Assembly: GCA_050250375.1 (NCBI GenBank)
Contig: JBFWOS010000003.1
Location: 209,284-273,283 of the forward strand
Direction of reading: 5' to 3'
DNA: 64,000 nt
Source: Candidatus Omnitrophota bacterium
GTDB lineage: Bacteria; Omnitrophota; Gorgyraeia; Zapsychrales; Zapsychraceae
Part shown: piece after piece, positions 40,070 through 49,306 of the stretch
How positions within the stretch are numbered: position 1 is the first letter of the stretch
How the letters are laid out: each line of letters begins with the position of its first letter
Notes under the pieces: generated by a model
Seen by the model: only the letters and a program-made list of their open reading frames with translations
Database searches by the model: none
What the model was told of the DNA's origin: nothing
Translations under genes and position numbers: made by a program

Positions 40070-41146
40070 TTATTCGTCGAATAACATCAACTGTTTGTTA
40101 GGCCTACGGAAAGAGCCGCTGGATAAACCGGCAGAATGTCTGTCCAATTTATACCGCCGGCTGTACAGTTTGAAGATTGAATGAACTTGTTCGGCGTAAA
40201 TCCCTGTACCGCTCATCCGGGTATGAAAGTCGGGATCATTCAATTTTCCCGAGCGGACAGACCTGATCCGGTTCAGGACCTTCTCTTTCTTCTCAGGAAA
40301 ATGATTTCCCAGCCATTCTTCAAACAGCACCTTAACCGAATAAGGCAGCCTGAGCATGACAAAATGGGACGAGGCTGCTCCAGCCTCAGCCGCTTCTCGA
40401 AGAATGGCCGGCAGTTCCTCGTCCGTCAACCCCGGAATAACCGGCCCGATCAGGACACCAACCGGTACCCCCGCCCGGTTCAAGGCCTGAATCGCCTTTA
40501 ACCGGTCACAGGGATGCGACGCCCGTGGCTCCATCTTTGATGAAAGTTTAGAGTCCAGGGTTGTGACGGAAACAAAAACCTGAACGGCCCTGTACAGACT
40601 TAAGATTTTCAATAAATCAATGTCACGCTCAATTAACCGGTTCTTGGTGATCATCGCCACCGGATTACGGAATTCAGCCATGACCTCCAGGCATTGGCGG
40701 GTAATCTTTAACTTCCTTTCAACAGGCTGATAAACATCGGTGTTTCCGGAAAACGCGATAACCTGCGGTTGATAACGGGGAGACATCAGTTCTTTACGCA
40801 AAATCTCAGCGGCCTCCAACTTAACCAGAATCCTTGTTTCAAAGTCCAGCCCGCTGGAGAAACCGAGATATTCATGGGAGGGCCGGGCGAAACAATAAAT
40901 ACAGCCGTGTTCACACCCGCGGTAAGGATTTATACCGGCCTTAAAACCCACATCCGGGCTGTCGTTATAAGTAATCAGGGACTTGGTTGTATCGTGGAGA
41001 TAAACAGTCTTTGGTTTTAGCCGGTCCGCGGGGTCGGATTCCGGATCAGCTTCAATATGGATGGTCTCAAAACGATTGGCCGGGTTGGTTAACGCTCCCC
41101 GCCCTTTCCAATAATGTTGGTCGCTCATAATTTTGCATACTACCAC
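40070..41146 (-). CDS. Radical SAM domain protein (SplB-like / PA0069 family)
   Basis: 358 aa with Cys triad CEHGCIYC (C-x3-C-x2-C) followed by a TIM-barrel-like radical SAM core. Confidence 0.65.
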   Translation of the reverse strand: MVVCKIMSDQHYWKGRGALTNPANRFETIHIEADPESDPADRLKPKTVYLHDTTKSLITYNDSPDVGFKAGINPYRGCEHGCIYCFARPSHEYLGFSSGLDFETRILVKLEAAEILRKELMSPRYQPQVIAFSGNTDVYQPVERKLKITRQCLEVMAEFRNPVAMITKNRLIERDIDLLKILSLYRAVQVFVSVTTLDSKLSSKMEPRASHPCDRLKAIQALNRAGVPVGVLIGPVIPGLTDEELPAILREAAEAGAASSHFVMLRLPYSVKVLFEEWLGNHFPEKKEKVLNRIRSVRSGKLNDPDFHTRMSGTGIYAEQVHSIFKLYSRRYKLDRHSAGLSSGSFRRPNKQLMLFDE

Positions 41147-41202
41147 ACATATGTATGCAATTCAATGCCTATTATTCGACTGCCGTGACGTTGCCCCCCC
41201 TA

Positions 41203-41592
41203 TTAGTGATCCCGGTGAACAGTGTTTGGTGAAAATGCCGGTAGACAAACGGCCACATACTGGGCACCTTCATCCGGCGTACTGTATTGGACCCATTCCC
41301 CTTTATAGGTGATGATGGCTTGGCCGGCTTTAACCTTAAATTCCTTTTCTTTTGTCTTGATGTTCAGACTCCCGGAAAGAACCAGCGTATATTCGTCAAA
41401 CTCAGGTGTTTGCCCCGGTTCAACCCATCCTTTCGGGCTGTCCATCTGGGCGATGCTGGTTTGTTCGGTCTTGGAATTAACCCGGCCGACAAATTCCTTG
41501 ATAATTTTGGGTTTATTCCCGGCCGCCTCAATTTTGGTAGGTTTTTCAATAAATTTTGGCATATAATCTCCGTTCACTTTCTCCAGTTGCAT
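41203..41592 (-). CDS. Cupin-domain protein
   Basis: 129 aa with a small beta-barrel cupin pattern near the C-terminus (…GQAIITYKGEWVQYSTPDEG…). Confidence 0.45.
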   Translation of the reverse strand: MQLEKVNGDYMPKFIEKPTKIEAAGNKPKIIKEFVGRVNSKTEQTSIAQMDSPKGWVEPGQTPEFDEYTLVLSGSLNIKTKEKEFKVKAGQAIITYKGEWVQYSTPDEGAQYVAVCLPAFSPNTVHRDH

Positions 41593-41610
41593 TTAAAAAG
41601 TATTCTGAAA

Positions 41611-42093
41611 CTATTGGGAACTCTCTACCTCACCGTAAGGTCCTTTATAAATCTCACGGATATTATTCAAATTAACCCACTGGTCGGGGGTTAAAACATC
41701 TTTCAAATTCAGATAGGCCATTGCCTGGGCCTTGGCTTTTGTTTTTTCTAATTCAGATTTCTGGTCGATCAGGTCAAGGACAGTCTTACTATCGGTTGTA
41801 TCCTGGGACAGGACAGACCGCAATTCAATATTAATCACCTCAATCTTGGCATCCAGCAGAACCATTTCCTTTTCCAGATTAATTTTCAGGGCTTCAATTT
41901 TGTTGGTCTGTTTAAGATTTAAGCCCAGAGCCTCTTTGTTTTTAAGAATACGCCGCTGCTTCTGAACAAACTTATCACTGATATAATCCTGCGATTGATT
42001 ACCGTAGCTGATCGCATGGGCGGTTCCGACCGGATTGATTATACCCAAACTTAAGACTCCCCCTAAAACCAGAATAAATGTTTTTGGCTGCAT
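41611..42093 (-). CDS. Periplasmic CpxP/Spy-like (LTxxQ-motif) protein
   Basis: 160 aa with a signal peptide and the alpha-helical LTPDQW motif. Confidence 0.5.
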   Translation of the reverse strand: MQPKTFILVLGGVLSLGIINPVGTAHAISYGNQSQDYISDKFVQKQRRILKNKEALGLNLKQTNKIEALKINLEKEMVLLDAKIEVINIELRSVLSQDTTDSKTVLDLIDQKSELEKTKAKAQAMAYLNLKDVLTPDQWVNLNNIREIYKGPYGEVESSQ

Positions 42094-42197
42094 AATGTCC
42101 CCCTTCCCTTGTTCGTCATTCCCTTTTAAAGGCCGTTATTTGAACTTTATTTTAATACAAATTTTATATTCTGCCGAATATATTTCCGGTTCCCGGA

Positions 42198-43772
42198 TTA
42201 AAATAAATTGATCTGCTGTTCCTGTTTCTTGACTCGGCGCTGTTTTAATAAATTGTGTTCATAGTTTTTTAATTCTTCCTCGATGTCCGCCAGAAAGACC
42301 GACGGTTCCGTGGTGTATGTCTTTCCAAACAAGGTCCTGCGGCGGCTGCGCAAAAGATAAAGCCATTGTTTGGCCCGGGTCATCCCGACGTAGAATAACC
42401 GCCGTTCTTCCCTGGTGTCTGACGTCAGCCCTTCCAGGTCAAGGGGTAAGAGTTTCTGCTCACACCCGATGATAAAAACAACCGGGAATTCCAGTCCCTT
42501 GGACGCGTGCAGGGTCATCAGCGAAATCTTTTCACAGTCAATATCCATTTCTTCCCCGGTAAGCGGACCGGCTTCATCCTCGTCTTCCGGCTTTGTTTTC
42601 ACCGCTACATTATATGGAAAGCCGATCCGGTCCAGCGCCTGCCTTACGGCATATTGCTGACTGTTCAAACGGTACAAGATCGCGATATCCCCGAAAGAAA
42701 CCTGCGCCTTTTCAAAGGCTGAAACCCGTCCGGAATCCTGCGAAAACAACGACCCCCCGCCGATCATCTTTTCAATCTGGTGGACCATATATTCCGCCTC
42801 GGCCTTCTGGGTCGCGGCCTCATGAATGACCAGCCGGTCCTGAATATAAAGTTGGGCTGTCAGCGGCGGAACCTGGAATAAATTCTCACCGGCGATAATC
42901 TGGCCGGCGGCGGTTAGCAGTTTCTCGCCCGACCGGTAATTGTCGGAAAGGGTTAACACGCGGGCGCCTTTAAAGTCCTGTTCAAATTCTTTGAAAAAAT
43001 TGACGTCAGATCCGCGGAAGCTGTATATCGCCTGGTTCGGGTCTCCGATGGCCGTGATGTAATTCTGATCCGTAATCAGCAAAGTCAATAACGCGTGCTG
43101 AACCCTGTTGATGTCTTGATATTCGTCTACAAAAATATACCGGAATTTTCTCCGGGCCTGATCCAGTATTTCCTGGTGCGACGCAAAAAGTTTATAGGCC
43201 TCCATCAGCAGGCTGTCAAAATCAATCAGCCCTTTTGACTTTAGCCGCTGATCGTATTCAGCTACCTCCCCCGGCATATCGGCGTCCAGGAAACCGCCGG
43301 ATTTCCATTTGGAAATCCCGTTGATCCGGTCATTGATCCCGCGGGGCGATAAACCCGGCCATATTTCCTTTAATAAAACTTTAATCTGTCCTGGATCAGC
43401 GGGTTCAAGGTTTTCAAAACCTGGGATAAAAGAAGTATGTTCTTTTAAAGTTTTAAGACAAAACTGGTGAAAGGTCCCGGCTTCAATATTCGTTAACCGT
43501 CCGCACCGCTTCTGTAACCGGTCGCGCATTTCCTGCGCGGCCTTTCGGGTAAATGTGATGGCGAGGATTCGTTCGTGCGGTTCGATTTCATCGGCCAACC
43601 GGGCGATCCGGCAAGTCAGTGTGTGTGTCTTTCCGGTCCCGGGTCCGGCGATGATGAGCAGGTGGCCGCCTTGGTGGTCGACGGCTTTTAGCTGTGACGG
43701 ATTAAGACCGTCGCCGCGCTCAAGGGTTGGGTTCCCCGGCTGATTGATATTGTTGATAGGCAATTTGTCCAT
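42198..43772 (-). CDS. UvrD/PcrA-family ATP-dependent DNA helicase (short form)
   Basis: 524 aa with Walker A AGPGTGKTHTL, motif II FVDEYQD, and SF1 motifs V-VI (…YRSGE…, …GLEFPVVFI…VGMTRAK). Confidence 0.8.
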   Translation of the reverse strand: MDKLPINNINQPGNPTLERGDGLNPSQLKAVDHQGGHLLIIAGPGTGKTHTLTCRIARLADEIEPHERILAITFTRKAAQEMRDRLQKRCGRLTNIEAGTFHQFCLKTLKEHTSFIPGFENLEPADPGQIKVLLKEIWPGLSPRGINDRINGISKWKSGGFLDADMPGEVAEYDQRLKSKGLIDFDSLLMEAYKLFASHQEILDQARRKFRYIFVDEYQDINRVQHALLTLLITDQNYITAIGDPNQAIYSFRGSDVNFFKEFEQDFKGARVLTLSDNYRSGEKLLTAAGQIIAGENLFQVPPLTAQLYIQDRLVIHEAATQKAEAEYMVHQIEKMIGGGSLFSQDSGRVSAFEKAQVSFGDIAILYRLNSQQYAVRQALDRIGFPYNVAVKTKPEDEDEAGPLTGEEMDIDCEKISLMTLHASKGLEFPVVFIIGCEQKLLPLDLEGLTSDTREERRLFYVGMTRAKQWLYLLRSRRRTLFGKTYTTEPSVFLADIEEELKNYEHNLLKQRRVKKQEQQINLF

Positions 43773-44250
43773 CGTGAATCATTTCTTTGGCAATAATTTT
43801 TTCCTGCTCGACATCAATAATAAAATAACTCCCGAGAATTCTTCCCCACCATACCGAGACGTAAACCAGTTTTTCATTGATCCATTCAACCTGCGGCATC
43901 CATTGATTATGGTCTTTGATTTCCACCACCAGCACCGATCCGCGTTCATGATCAATATAAATCCGGGTGTTCCAGGGGCCTTCTCTTGAAAAATCAGGCG
44001 GAACGGTCACTAACCTGTACGCCCCATTCGGCGACCAAACCGGCTCCGCCGCAGATTCCGGCCAGCGGCCTGTCCTGATGACAACCCGATCCTCGAATGC
44101 AGTCTGAAACTCAGAATGAAAAATCCTTGGATTTTCCCATCGGTCCGGCGGAGTGTGCCAGGCCGTCAAACAACTCTGCCTTATCTGACAAGCCGTTAAG
44201 ATCGGAATGACCGCAATTAAAAAATAAAAACGACCCGGACGGATAATCAT
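43720..44250 (-). CDS. Hypothetical lipoprotein (176 aa)
   Basis: Lipobox ILTAC. It lies between the EndoQ-like gene and the helicase gene, and its 3' end overlaps the annotated helicase start by 53 nt. Confidence 0.35.
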   Translation of the reverse strand: MIIRPGRFYFLIAVIPILTACQIRQSCLTAWHTPPDRWENPRIFHSEFQTAFEDRVVIRTGRWPESAAEPVWSPNGAYRLVTVPPDFSREGPWNTRIYIDHERGSVLVVEIKDHNQWMPQVEWINEKLVYVSVWWGRILGSYFIIDVEQEKIIAKEMIHDGQIAYQQYQSAGEPNP

Positions 44251-44260
44251 ACAGGATTGA

Positions 44261-45556
44261 TTAAAAAAGGGTTAACTGTTCTTTCTCAAGGATCTGTTCT
44301 TTTTCCTGGCTTGAAAAAATCTTGATCTTCCCGTATTCACCGTCATAACCGGAAGCGATCTGGACTTCTCCTTTACGCATACGGCCGATCCCTTCTGCCA
44401 AAAGCGCCCCTGCCGCCTTGCGGATTTCATCAAGCGGACAATCCAGAAGAATAAACAATTCATTCCCCAGCCGGGCCAGCATCTCCTGATAAATCATCAG
44501 GACCTTCTTGCTGCCGGGACCCACGTCATTGGCTTCCCCGATAATTTCAACCAACGGAACCAGGCTGAAAAAAGGCCGCGCGTTCGGCGACTTGCGGCCT
44601 TGCGGATGATCAGCGAGCTCTTCAACACGGGCCATGACTCCGACGGTCACCGGTTTACCGCAGACCGGGCAGGCCCCGTTATTTTCAATCGTCTGCCGGG
44701 GATGCAGACGGGTCTTGCACAAACGATGCCCGTCATAATGATATTTTCCTTCTTCCGGAAAAAACTCAATCGTTCCGGCCAAACCTTTATCCGTCCGGTG
44801 ATTCTTTAAAGCGTTATAAATCGCCGGATAAGAAAGATCAGTGTTATAAATGGTTGCCTCCCGGCCCAACTTCTGCGGGGAATGCGCGTCGCCGTTTGAG
44901 ACTAATACATAGGGATCCAGTTGACTCAGCCGCCAGTTCATCAAAGGATCGGAAGACAGCCCTGTTTCCAGTGCAAAAATATGTTCCGTCAAATCCCCGA
45001 AACAATCCTCCATCCGGTCGAATCCGCCTTTGGATCCAAGCGCGGAGAACCAGGGCGTCCAGATGTGCGCCGGGATCAAATAGCTGAGCGGATCGGATTC
45101 AAGAACGATTTCCAGCAAGTCACGCGAATCCAGCCCCAGGATCGGCCTTCCGTCGGAACGCAGGTTTCCGATCTTTCCCAGGCGCTGGCGTATTTTATCC
45201 GCCGCCTCAAAAGAAGGAGCAAAGACACAGTTGTGGACCTTGCGGACTTTATCCAGACGTTTGTAAATGTTGGAAATCTCAACGGTGAGCATGAAACGGA
45301 CATCCCCCGCGCAGGCTTTGGGCAATTCATCCCGGGTGACATCGCGGAATTCTTTTTTCAGACGGAACAATCCCTCTTCAGCAGGTTCGAGTTTTTTCTT
45401 TAATTCTTCAAACCACGCCGGATGGGTAAAATCCCCGGTCCCGATGACCTGGATACCTTTTAATTGTCCCCAAAGATTTAAATATTCTAGATTAAGATTT
45501 TTGCTGGTCGCGCGGGAATAGTAGGAATGCAGATGGACATCGGCATAAAATTTCAT
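44261..45556 (-). CDS. Endonuclease Q-like PHP-domain nuclease with C-terminal zinc finger (TIGR00375-type)
   Basis: 431 aa with N-terminal DVHLHSYYSRATSK, GTGDFTHP and NGDAHSP blocks, Zn-finger CPVCGKP, and C-terminal GEYGKIKI. These are collinear with archaeal EndoQ. Confidence 0.55.
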   Translation of the reverse strand: MKFYADVHLHSYYSRATSKNLNLEYLNLWGQLKGIQVIGTGDFTHPAWFEELKKKLEPAEEGLFRLKKEFRDVTRDELPKACAGDVRFMLTVEISNIYKRLDKVRKVHNCVFAPSFEAADKIRQRLGKIGNLRSDGRPILGLDSRDLLEIVLESDPLSYLIPAHIWTPWFSALGSKGGFDRMEDCFGDLTEHIFALETGLSSDPLMNWRLSQLDPYVLVSNGDAHSPQKLGREATIYNTDLSYPAIYNALKNHRTDKGLAGTIEFFPEEGKYHYDGHRLCKTRLHPRQTIENNGACPVCGKPVTVGVMARVEELADHPQGRKSPNARPFFSLVPLVEIIGEANDVGPGSKKVLMIYQEMLARLGNELFILLDCPLDEIRKAAGALLAEGIGRMRKGEVQIASGYDGEYGKIKIFSSQEKEQILEKEQLTLF

Positions 45557-45625
45557 ACATGAATATTAACAAAACAACCAAACCTTTTCAATCGTTAATT
45601 CCGGCAGGATTATATTTGAAAGGAC

Positions 45626-45660
45626 AAAAAAAGCCCCTGGTTTCCACCAGGGGCTTTTTT
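45626..45660 (-). terminator. Rho-independent terminator (bidirectional-looking) downstream of the PEP-CTERM gene
   Basis: AAAAAA-GCCCCTGG-TTTCCA-CCAGGGGC-TTTTTT, a perfect 8-bp GC-rich stem flanked by A and T runs. Confidence 0.6.
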
Positions 45661-45681
45661 GATTTTCATTAAAAGTGTAAA

Positions 45682-46368
45682 TTAACTTCGTTTTCTTCTT
45701 AAAAAGGCACCGGCCAAACCAGATGAGAATAAGAGAACAGATGCCGGTTCCGGAACAGTACATCCTCCCTGCTCACAACCACCGCCGGTATGAGGGACCT
45801 TGTCGCTCCCGTCATCTTCAAAACCTCTGAAACGCACGACGAAACTTTTAACACCTTCGCCATCTCCCGGGCCGACTGAATATGTATCAAAAAATGTTTG
45901 TTCTAACAAAGTATCCAGGTTATTTCCGGTTAACGAAAATGTAAACGTTTCAGTAACTCCCACGCCGATCCCGGCCTGTGGAGCTCCACCTCCGGTATAA
46001 CCGCCCCCTGTGCTGACGCCGATATCAAACTGTCCGTTTGATGCGCCATTGACACCGTTATTATTAAAAGGTGAACCGATCAAGGCAAAATCAGCATCAG
46101 AAGGATTTAACGTTATTCCTGTAATTAAATTGGAAGGATTGTTAAACGCAAAGGCCGTAATATACCCCCCATTGAGCACCGGGCTGGTATTGGTCAAAGA
46201 TATATCAATCGTAGCCGTGGTTGAATTAGTGGCCGTATATTCAAACGAACCGGAAAATGAACCTAAACTCCCGCTTCCTGATAAAAATATCAATGCCTCG
46301 CTCTTGGATGGATTCCATCCCATCACCACAAAAACCATTACCAAAATTCCAAATAATTTTCTCCCCAT
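45682..46368 (-). CDS. PEP-CTERM sorting-domain secreted protein (exosortase substrate), Gly/Thr/Ser-rich
   Basis: 228 aa with a signal peptide and the C-terminal motif VPEPASVLLFSSGLAGAFLRRKRS (PEP, hydrophobic helix, basic tail). Confidence 0.75.
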   Translation of the reverse strand: MGRKLFGILVMVFVVMGWNPSKSEALIFLSGSGSLGSFSGSFEYTATNSTTATIDISLTNTSPVLNGGYITAFAFNNPSNLITGITLNPSDADFALIGSPFNNNGVNGASNGQFDIGVSTGGGYTGGGAPQAGIGVGVTETFTFSLTGNNLDTLLEQTFFDTYSVGPGDGEGVKSFVVRFRGFEDDGSDKVPHTGGGCEQGGCTVPEPASVLLFSSGLAGAFLRRKRS

Positions 46369-46603
46369 CGCCGTTCACTCTCCCTAAAAATAAATTGTTA
46401 TTTTATATATTTTACAAATGTGTGTAAAGTATATGCGCTGATATTTGTTCTGTCAATATGACGAACTCGGACATTATGGTACAAGATGGGACAAGATAAG
46501 ACATGCTGTGCTGACAAGATGTTTGTCTTAACTTATTGGAATAATTGGAGATAAAATCTATATTCTTAAATATATATGTTGTTATAATCAATTCCTGTCT
46601 GGA

Positions 46604-48118
46604 TCAGGATTTAATCCAGGCAACAAGCAAATACCAATAAACATTATCCCCGCCGATCATCCCTGGCGGTAAATTATCAGCCGCATCCGGCACCTGAAAT
46701 ATAGCCGGTACGTTGGTTCCCATATCGAAATAATTCGACACAATAGTGCCCATAATATCGGTCTGCTTTTCCACTCTGACCTGTCCTTCCGCATAAAACA
46801 GTCCCATAACATCTATACCGGCCTCATTAAAACCAATATTGTTGGGCGTCATAATACCCAGAATATTATTTGGAAAAGAATTATTCCCGCTGGTAACCAA
46901 GTCGACATTAACTTGCGCACTGCCCGTAACCAGAATCGAACCAGTTCCGGTATATGTGATCGTCTTGTTTGCTCCGGTTTTAGACATATTCAGATTATTC
47001 CCTCCGTCAATATATACGACCCCTGAAACATTAAGATTCCCACTGCCGTCCATACTGATACTTCCGCTTCCATTGGAATAAGTAAAAGAACTGCTCGGTT
47101 GAATATTATTTAATTCTGTCGTTAAAACCAGTGAATTGTTACGTAAATAGTCCTGATAAGAAGTATATCCTGGATAAGGATCGGAAAGCCTCGGGAACTG
47201 GACCGTATCTCCCAGGTCATATTCATTGTTTGTCCCGTTATCCGAATGAACACTGGCTGCTCCCTGGTTCCCGCCCCAGCCGTCCGTCACAAACACCCCA
47301 TCGACGGTTTCTTTTCTCCCATTGGCATCAATATTGGCTTCGCCCACCGTTGATGAACCGCTGAGACCTACCAGACCTTTTTTTACCCTCAGTTCCGCTC
47401 CCAAAGTTTCAACCGTATCGCCATTAATCACGGTAGTCGGCAAGGCCGGCACTTTAGCTTTAAGTGCCGCGTCAACACCGTTGTAATTATTACCCACTAT
47501 TTCCGCTGTTCCGCCCAAATCAATCGCGTAATCACCCGGGTTCAAACCCGATCCCAGAATATGCACAGAACCGCGGATATCCACATTTCCGTTGACCATC
47601 GTCCCCGAAGCTCCTGAACCGGCAAAAATCGCGTTATCCCACGGTGACAGATTGATCATTTTCACATAAACCACAATCGTGTGGGAAACATCGTTGACCG
47701 TCCCGACAGAACGGATCCAGACGTGTTCATTACTCGCCACATTTTTTAGGCTGACGGTGTACGAACCTCCATTAATCGTGTTATTGGGAGATTGACCGGA
47801 ATAGGGTATCGTATAAAAACTGGCGGTATTCGGCCCGATCGTAAAACCATTGATATCCCCGTCCGCCCAGCTCGGGTTAAGAGACCCCACAAAATCCTGT
47901 CGCAGGTCATACAAAGCCCGTTCAATCCCGGCTTCCGCCACATGAAAAGCGATCGTCGTCAACCGCTGACGTTCTGAGACTTTTGCTTCATTCGTGCTGT
48001 ACAGCACAAACGCGGAACCTGCTCCCAGCAAGACAAATATCACAAAATAAGTGATCAACAGCATGCTCCCCCTGTTATTCTGGAGTGAAAATTTCTGTCT
48101 TTCCTGGGTTCGTTTCAT
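46604..48118 (-). CDS. PilX-like large minor pilin / pseudopilin
   Basis: 504 aa with an N-terminal TM and a PilX_N-like region (…VSERQRLTTIAFHVAEAGIERALYDL…), followed by a large Gly/Asn/Thr-rich domain. Confidence 0.5.
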   Translation of the reverse strand: MKRTQERQKFSLQNNRGSMLLITYFVIFVLLGAGSAFVLYSTNEAKVSERQRLTTIAFHVAEAGIERALYDLRQDFVGSLNPSWADGDINGFTIGPNTASFYTIPYSGQSPNNTINGGSYTVSLKNVASNEHVWIRSVGTVNDVSHTIVVYVKMINLSPWDNAIFAGSGASGTMVNGNVDIRGSVHILGSGLNPGDYAIDLGGTAEIVGNNYNGVDAALKAKVPALPTTVINGDTVETLGAELRVKKGLVGLSGSSTVGEANIDANGRKETVDGVFVTDGWGGNQGAASVHSDNGTNNEYDLGDTVQFPRLSDPYPGYTSYQDYLRNNSLVLTTELNNIQPSSSFTYSNGSGSISMDGSGNLNVSGVVYIDGGNNLNMSKTGANKTITYTGTGSILVTGSAQVNVDLVTSGNNSFPNNILGIMTPNNIGFNEAGIDVMGLFYAEGQVRVEKQTDIMGTIVSNYFDMGTNVPAIFQVPDAADNLPPGMIGGDNVYWYLLVAWIKS

Positions 48119-48121
48119 AAA

Positions 48122-48673
48122 TTAATTCCTTAATTGAACATTAAAATTGAGGTTATAAATGATGGGTAAACCTTTTAACGTGTTTTTTTGAGCTTGGAGC
48201 ATAACCTCTAACTTCTTCGGAGAGGTCGTGAGACGTCTAAATTGAAGCGAAGTAATATTGTTACTCACAATTTTTGTTTGAACTCCGTAAATGCGCTGCA
48301 GTTGCACGGTCCCCGGCCCGGCCCGGAGAAACTGCAAAGTACTGTCGGTCCAGTCAATGGATCCGGCGACGACCCCCTCGGGTATCCTGAACGTAATCGA
48401 ATTGTACCAATTCCCGTTAGCAGGCACGTCAATAATAGAAGAAGATCCGGCCTGCCGTAAATCATTAACCATGGCGTCCATGGATTTGCGCAATTCCTGC
48501 TGAAGTTCAACCTGAACGCGGTTGACTTGCCATGAATTGTCACCCACCGTGGCTATCGAATAAAACCCGGCGACCAGTACGCTGAAAATAAGAACAACAA
48601 CCAGCGTTTCAACCAAAGTCGTTCCGCGATTTCTGCGGATCATGCGGCTGACTTTACCTATTTTGTTTTTCAT
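48122..48673 (-). CDS. Prepilin-type N-terminal cleavage/methylation domain protein (PilW-like minor pilin)
   Basis: 183 aa with prepilin leader RRNRG-TTLVETLVVVLIF (Glu at +5). Confidence 0.6.
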   Translation of the reverse strand: MKNKIGKVSRMIRRNRGTTLVETLVVVLIFSVLVAGFYSIATVGDNSWQVNRVQVELQQELRKSMDAMVNDLRQAGSSSIIDVPANGNWYNSITFRIPEGVVAGSIDWTDSTLQFLRAGPGTVQLQRIYGVQTKIVSNNITSLQFRRLTTSPKKLEVMLQAQKNTLKGLPIIYNLNFNVQLRN

Positions 48674-48680
48674 AAATCAC

Positions 48681-49133
48681 CTACCGTCGTGTAACGTAAC
48701 TGATTAATTCGATGCTGGAATCAATCTTCCCATTACTATTTATATCTTCTCCAGCATCAAGCAACCCGTCCAAATCCTGGTCTTCTCCGATTATACGGTT
48801 ATATTTATTCAACCAACTGACAACAATCTCAACCGTTAATAATTCTGAATTGCTGGAATCAATGTAAACAACACCCTTACCATTAATCAGGGTCAAGTCA
48901 AAAGTAGCCGAGGTGTAGTCAGCAGCAATTAGATCGAAATCATGATTCCTGATTTCTTCCAGTTTGTTCTGCGCCTGGCTTAAAGCAATGGTCTTCCGGC
49001 CGGCGATATCAACCTGGGTCGAGGTAAAAATGAAAAGCCTGATCATGCCGGCAATGACCACCACCAGTATCGCGGCCACAAACATCAATTCCATCAATGT
49101 AAATCCTTGTTTATTATTCACTGTTATCTCCAA
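48681..49133 (-). CDS. Prepilin-type minor pilin (PilV/FimT-like)
   Basis: 150 aa with leader KQG-FTLMELMFVAAILVVV. The start codon is TTG. Confidence 0.6.
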   Translation of the reverse strand: MEITVNNKQGFTLMELMFVAAILVVVIAGMIRLFIFTSTQVDIAGRKTIALSQAQNKLEEIRNHDFDLIAADYTSATFDLTLINGKGVVYIDSSNSELLTVEIVVSWLNKYNRIIGEDQDLDGLLDAGEDINSNGKIDSSIELISYVTRR

Positions 49134-49306
49134 TAAAAAAGGCCTATCCTTTTATTTGGATAGACCTCAAAATACACAGTTGTCTGATAATTTCGGCGGC
49201 CAGGCTATCCCAGTAGGATCCTTTAGCTTTGCGTCACCGGGTTGCCCCGGTTTTGCCTTTTCGGTACACCTAAGTTAACTAAAATCAAGTATATCCTATA
49301 ATTTGC

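Noticed and set aside
48681-49133. Coordinate inconsistency for the pilV-like gene start (TTG)
   Set aside because: My hand count places the TTG one base off the track coordinate. This is most likely my counting error, so the track coordinates are retained.
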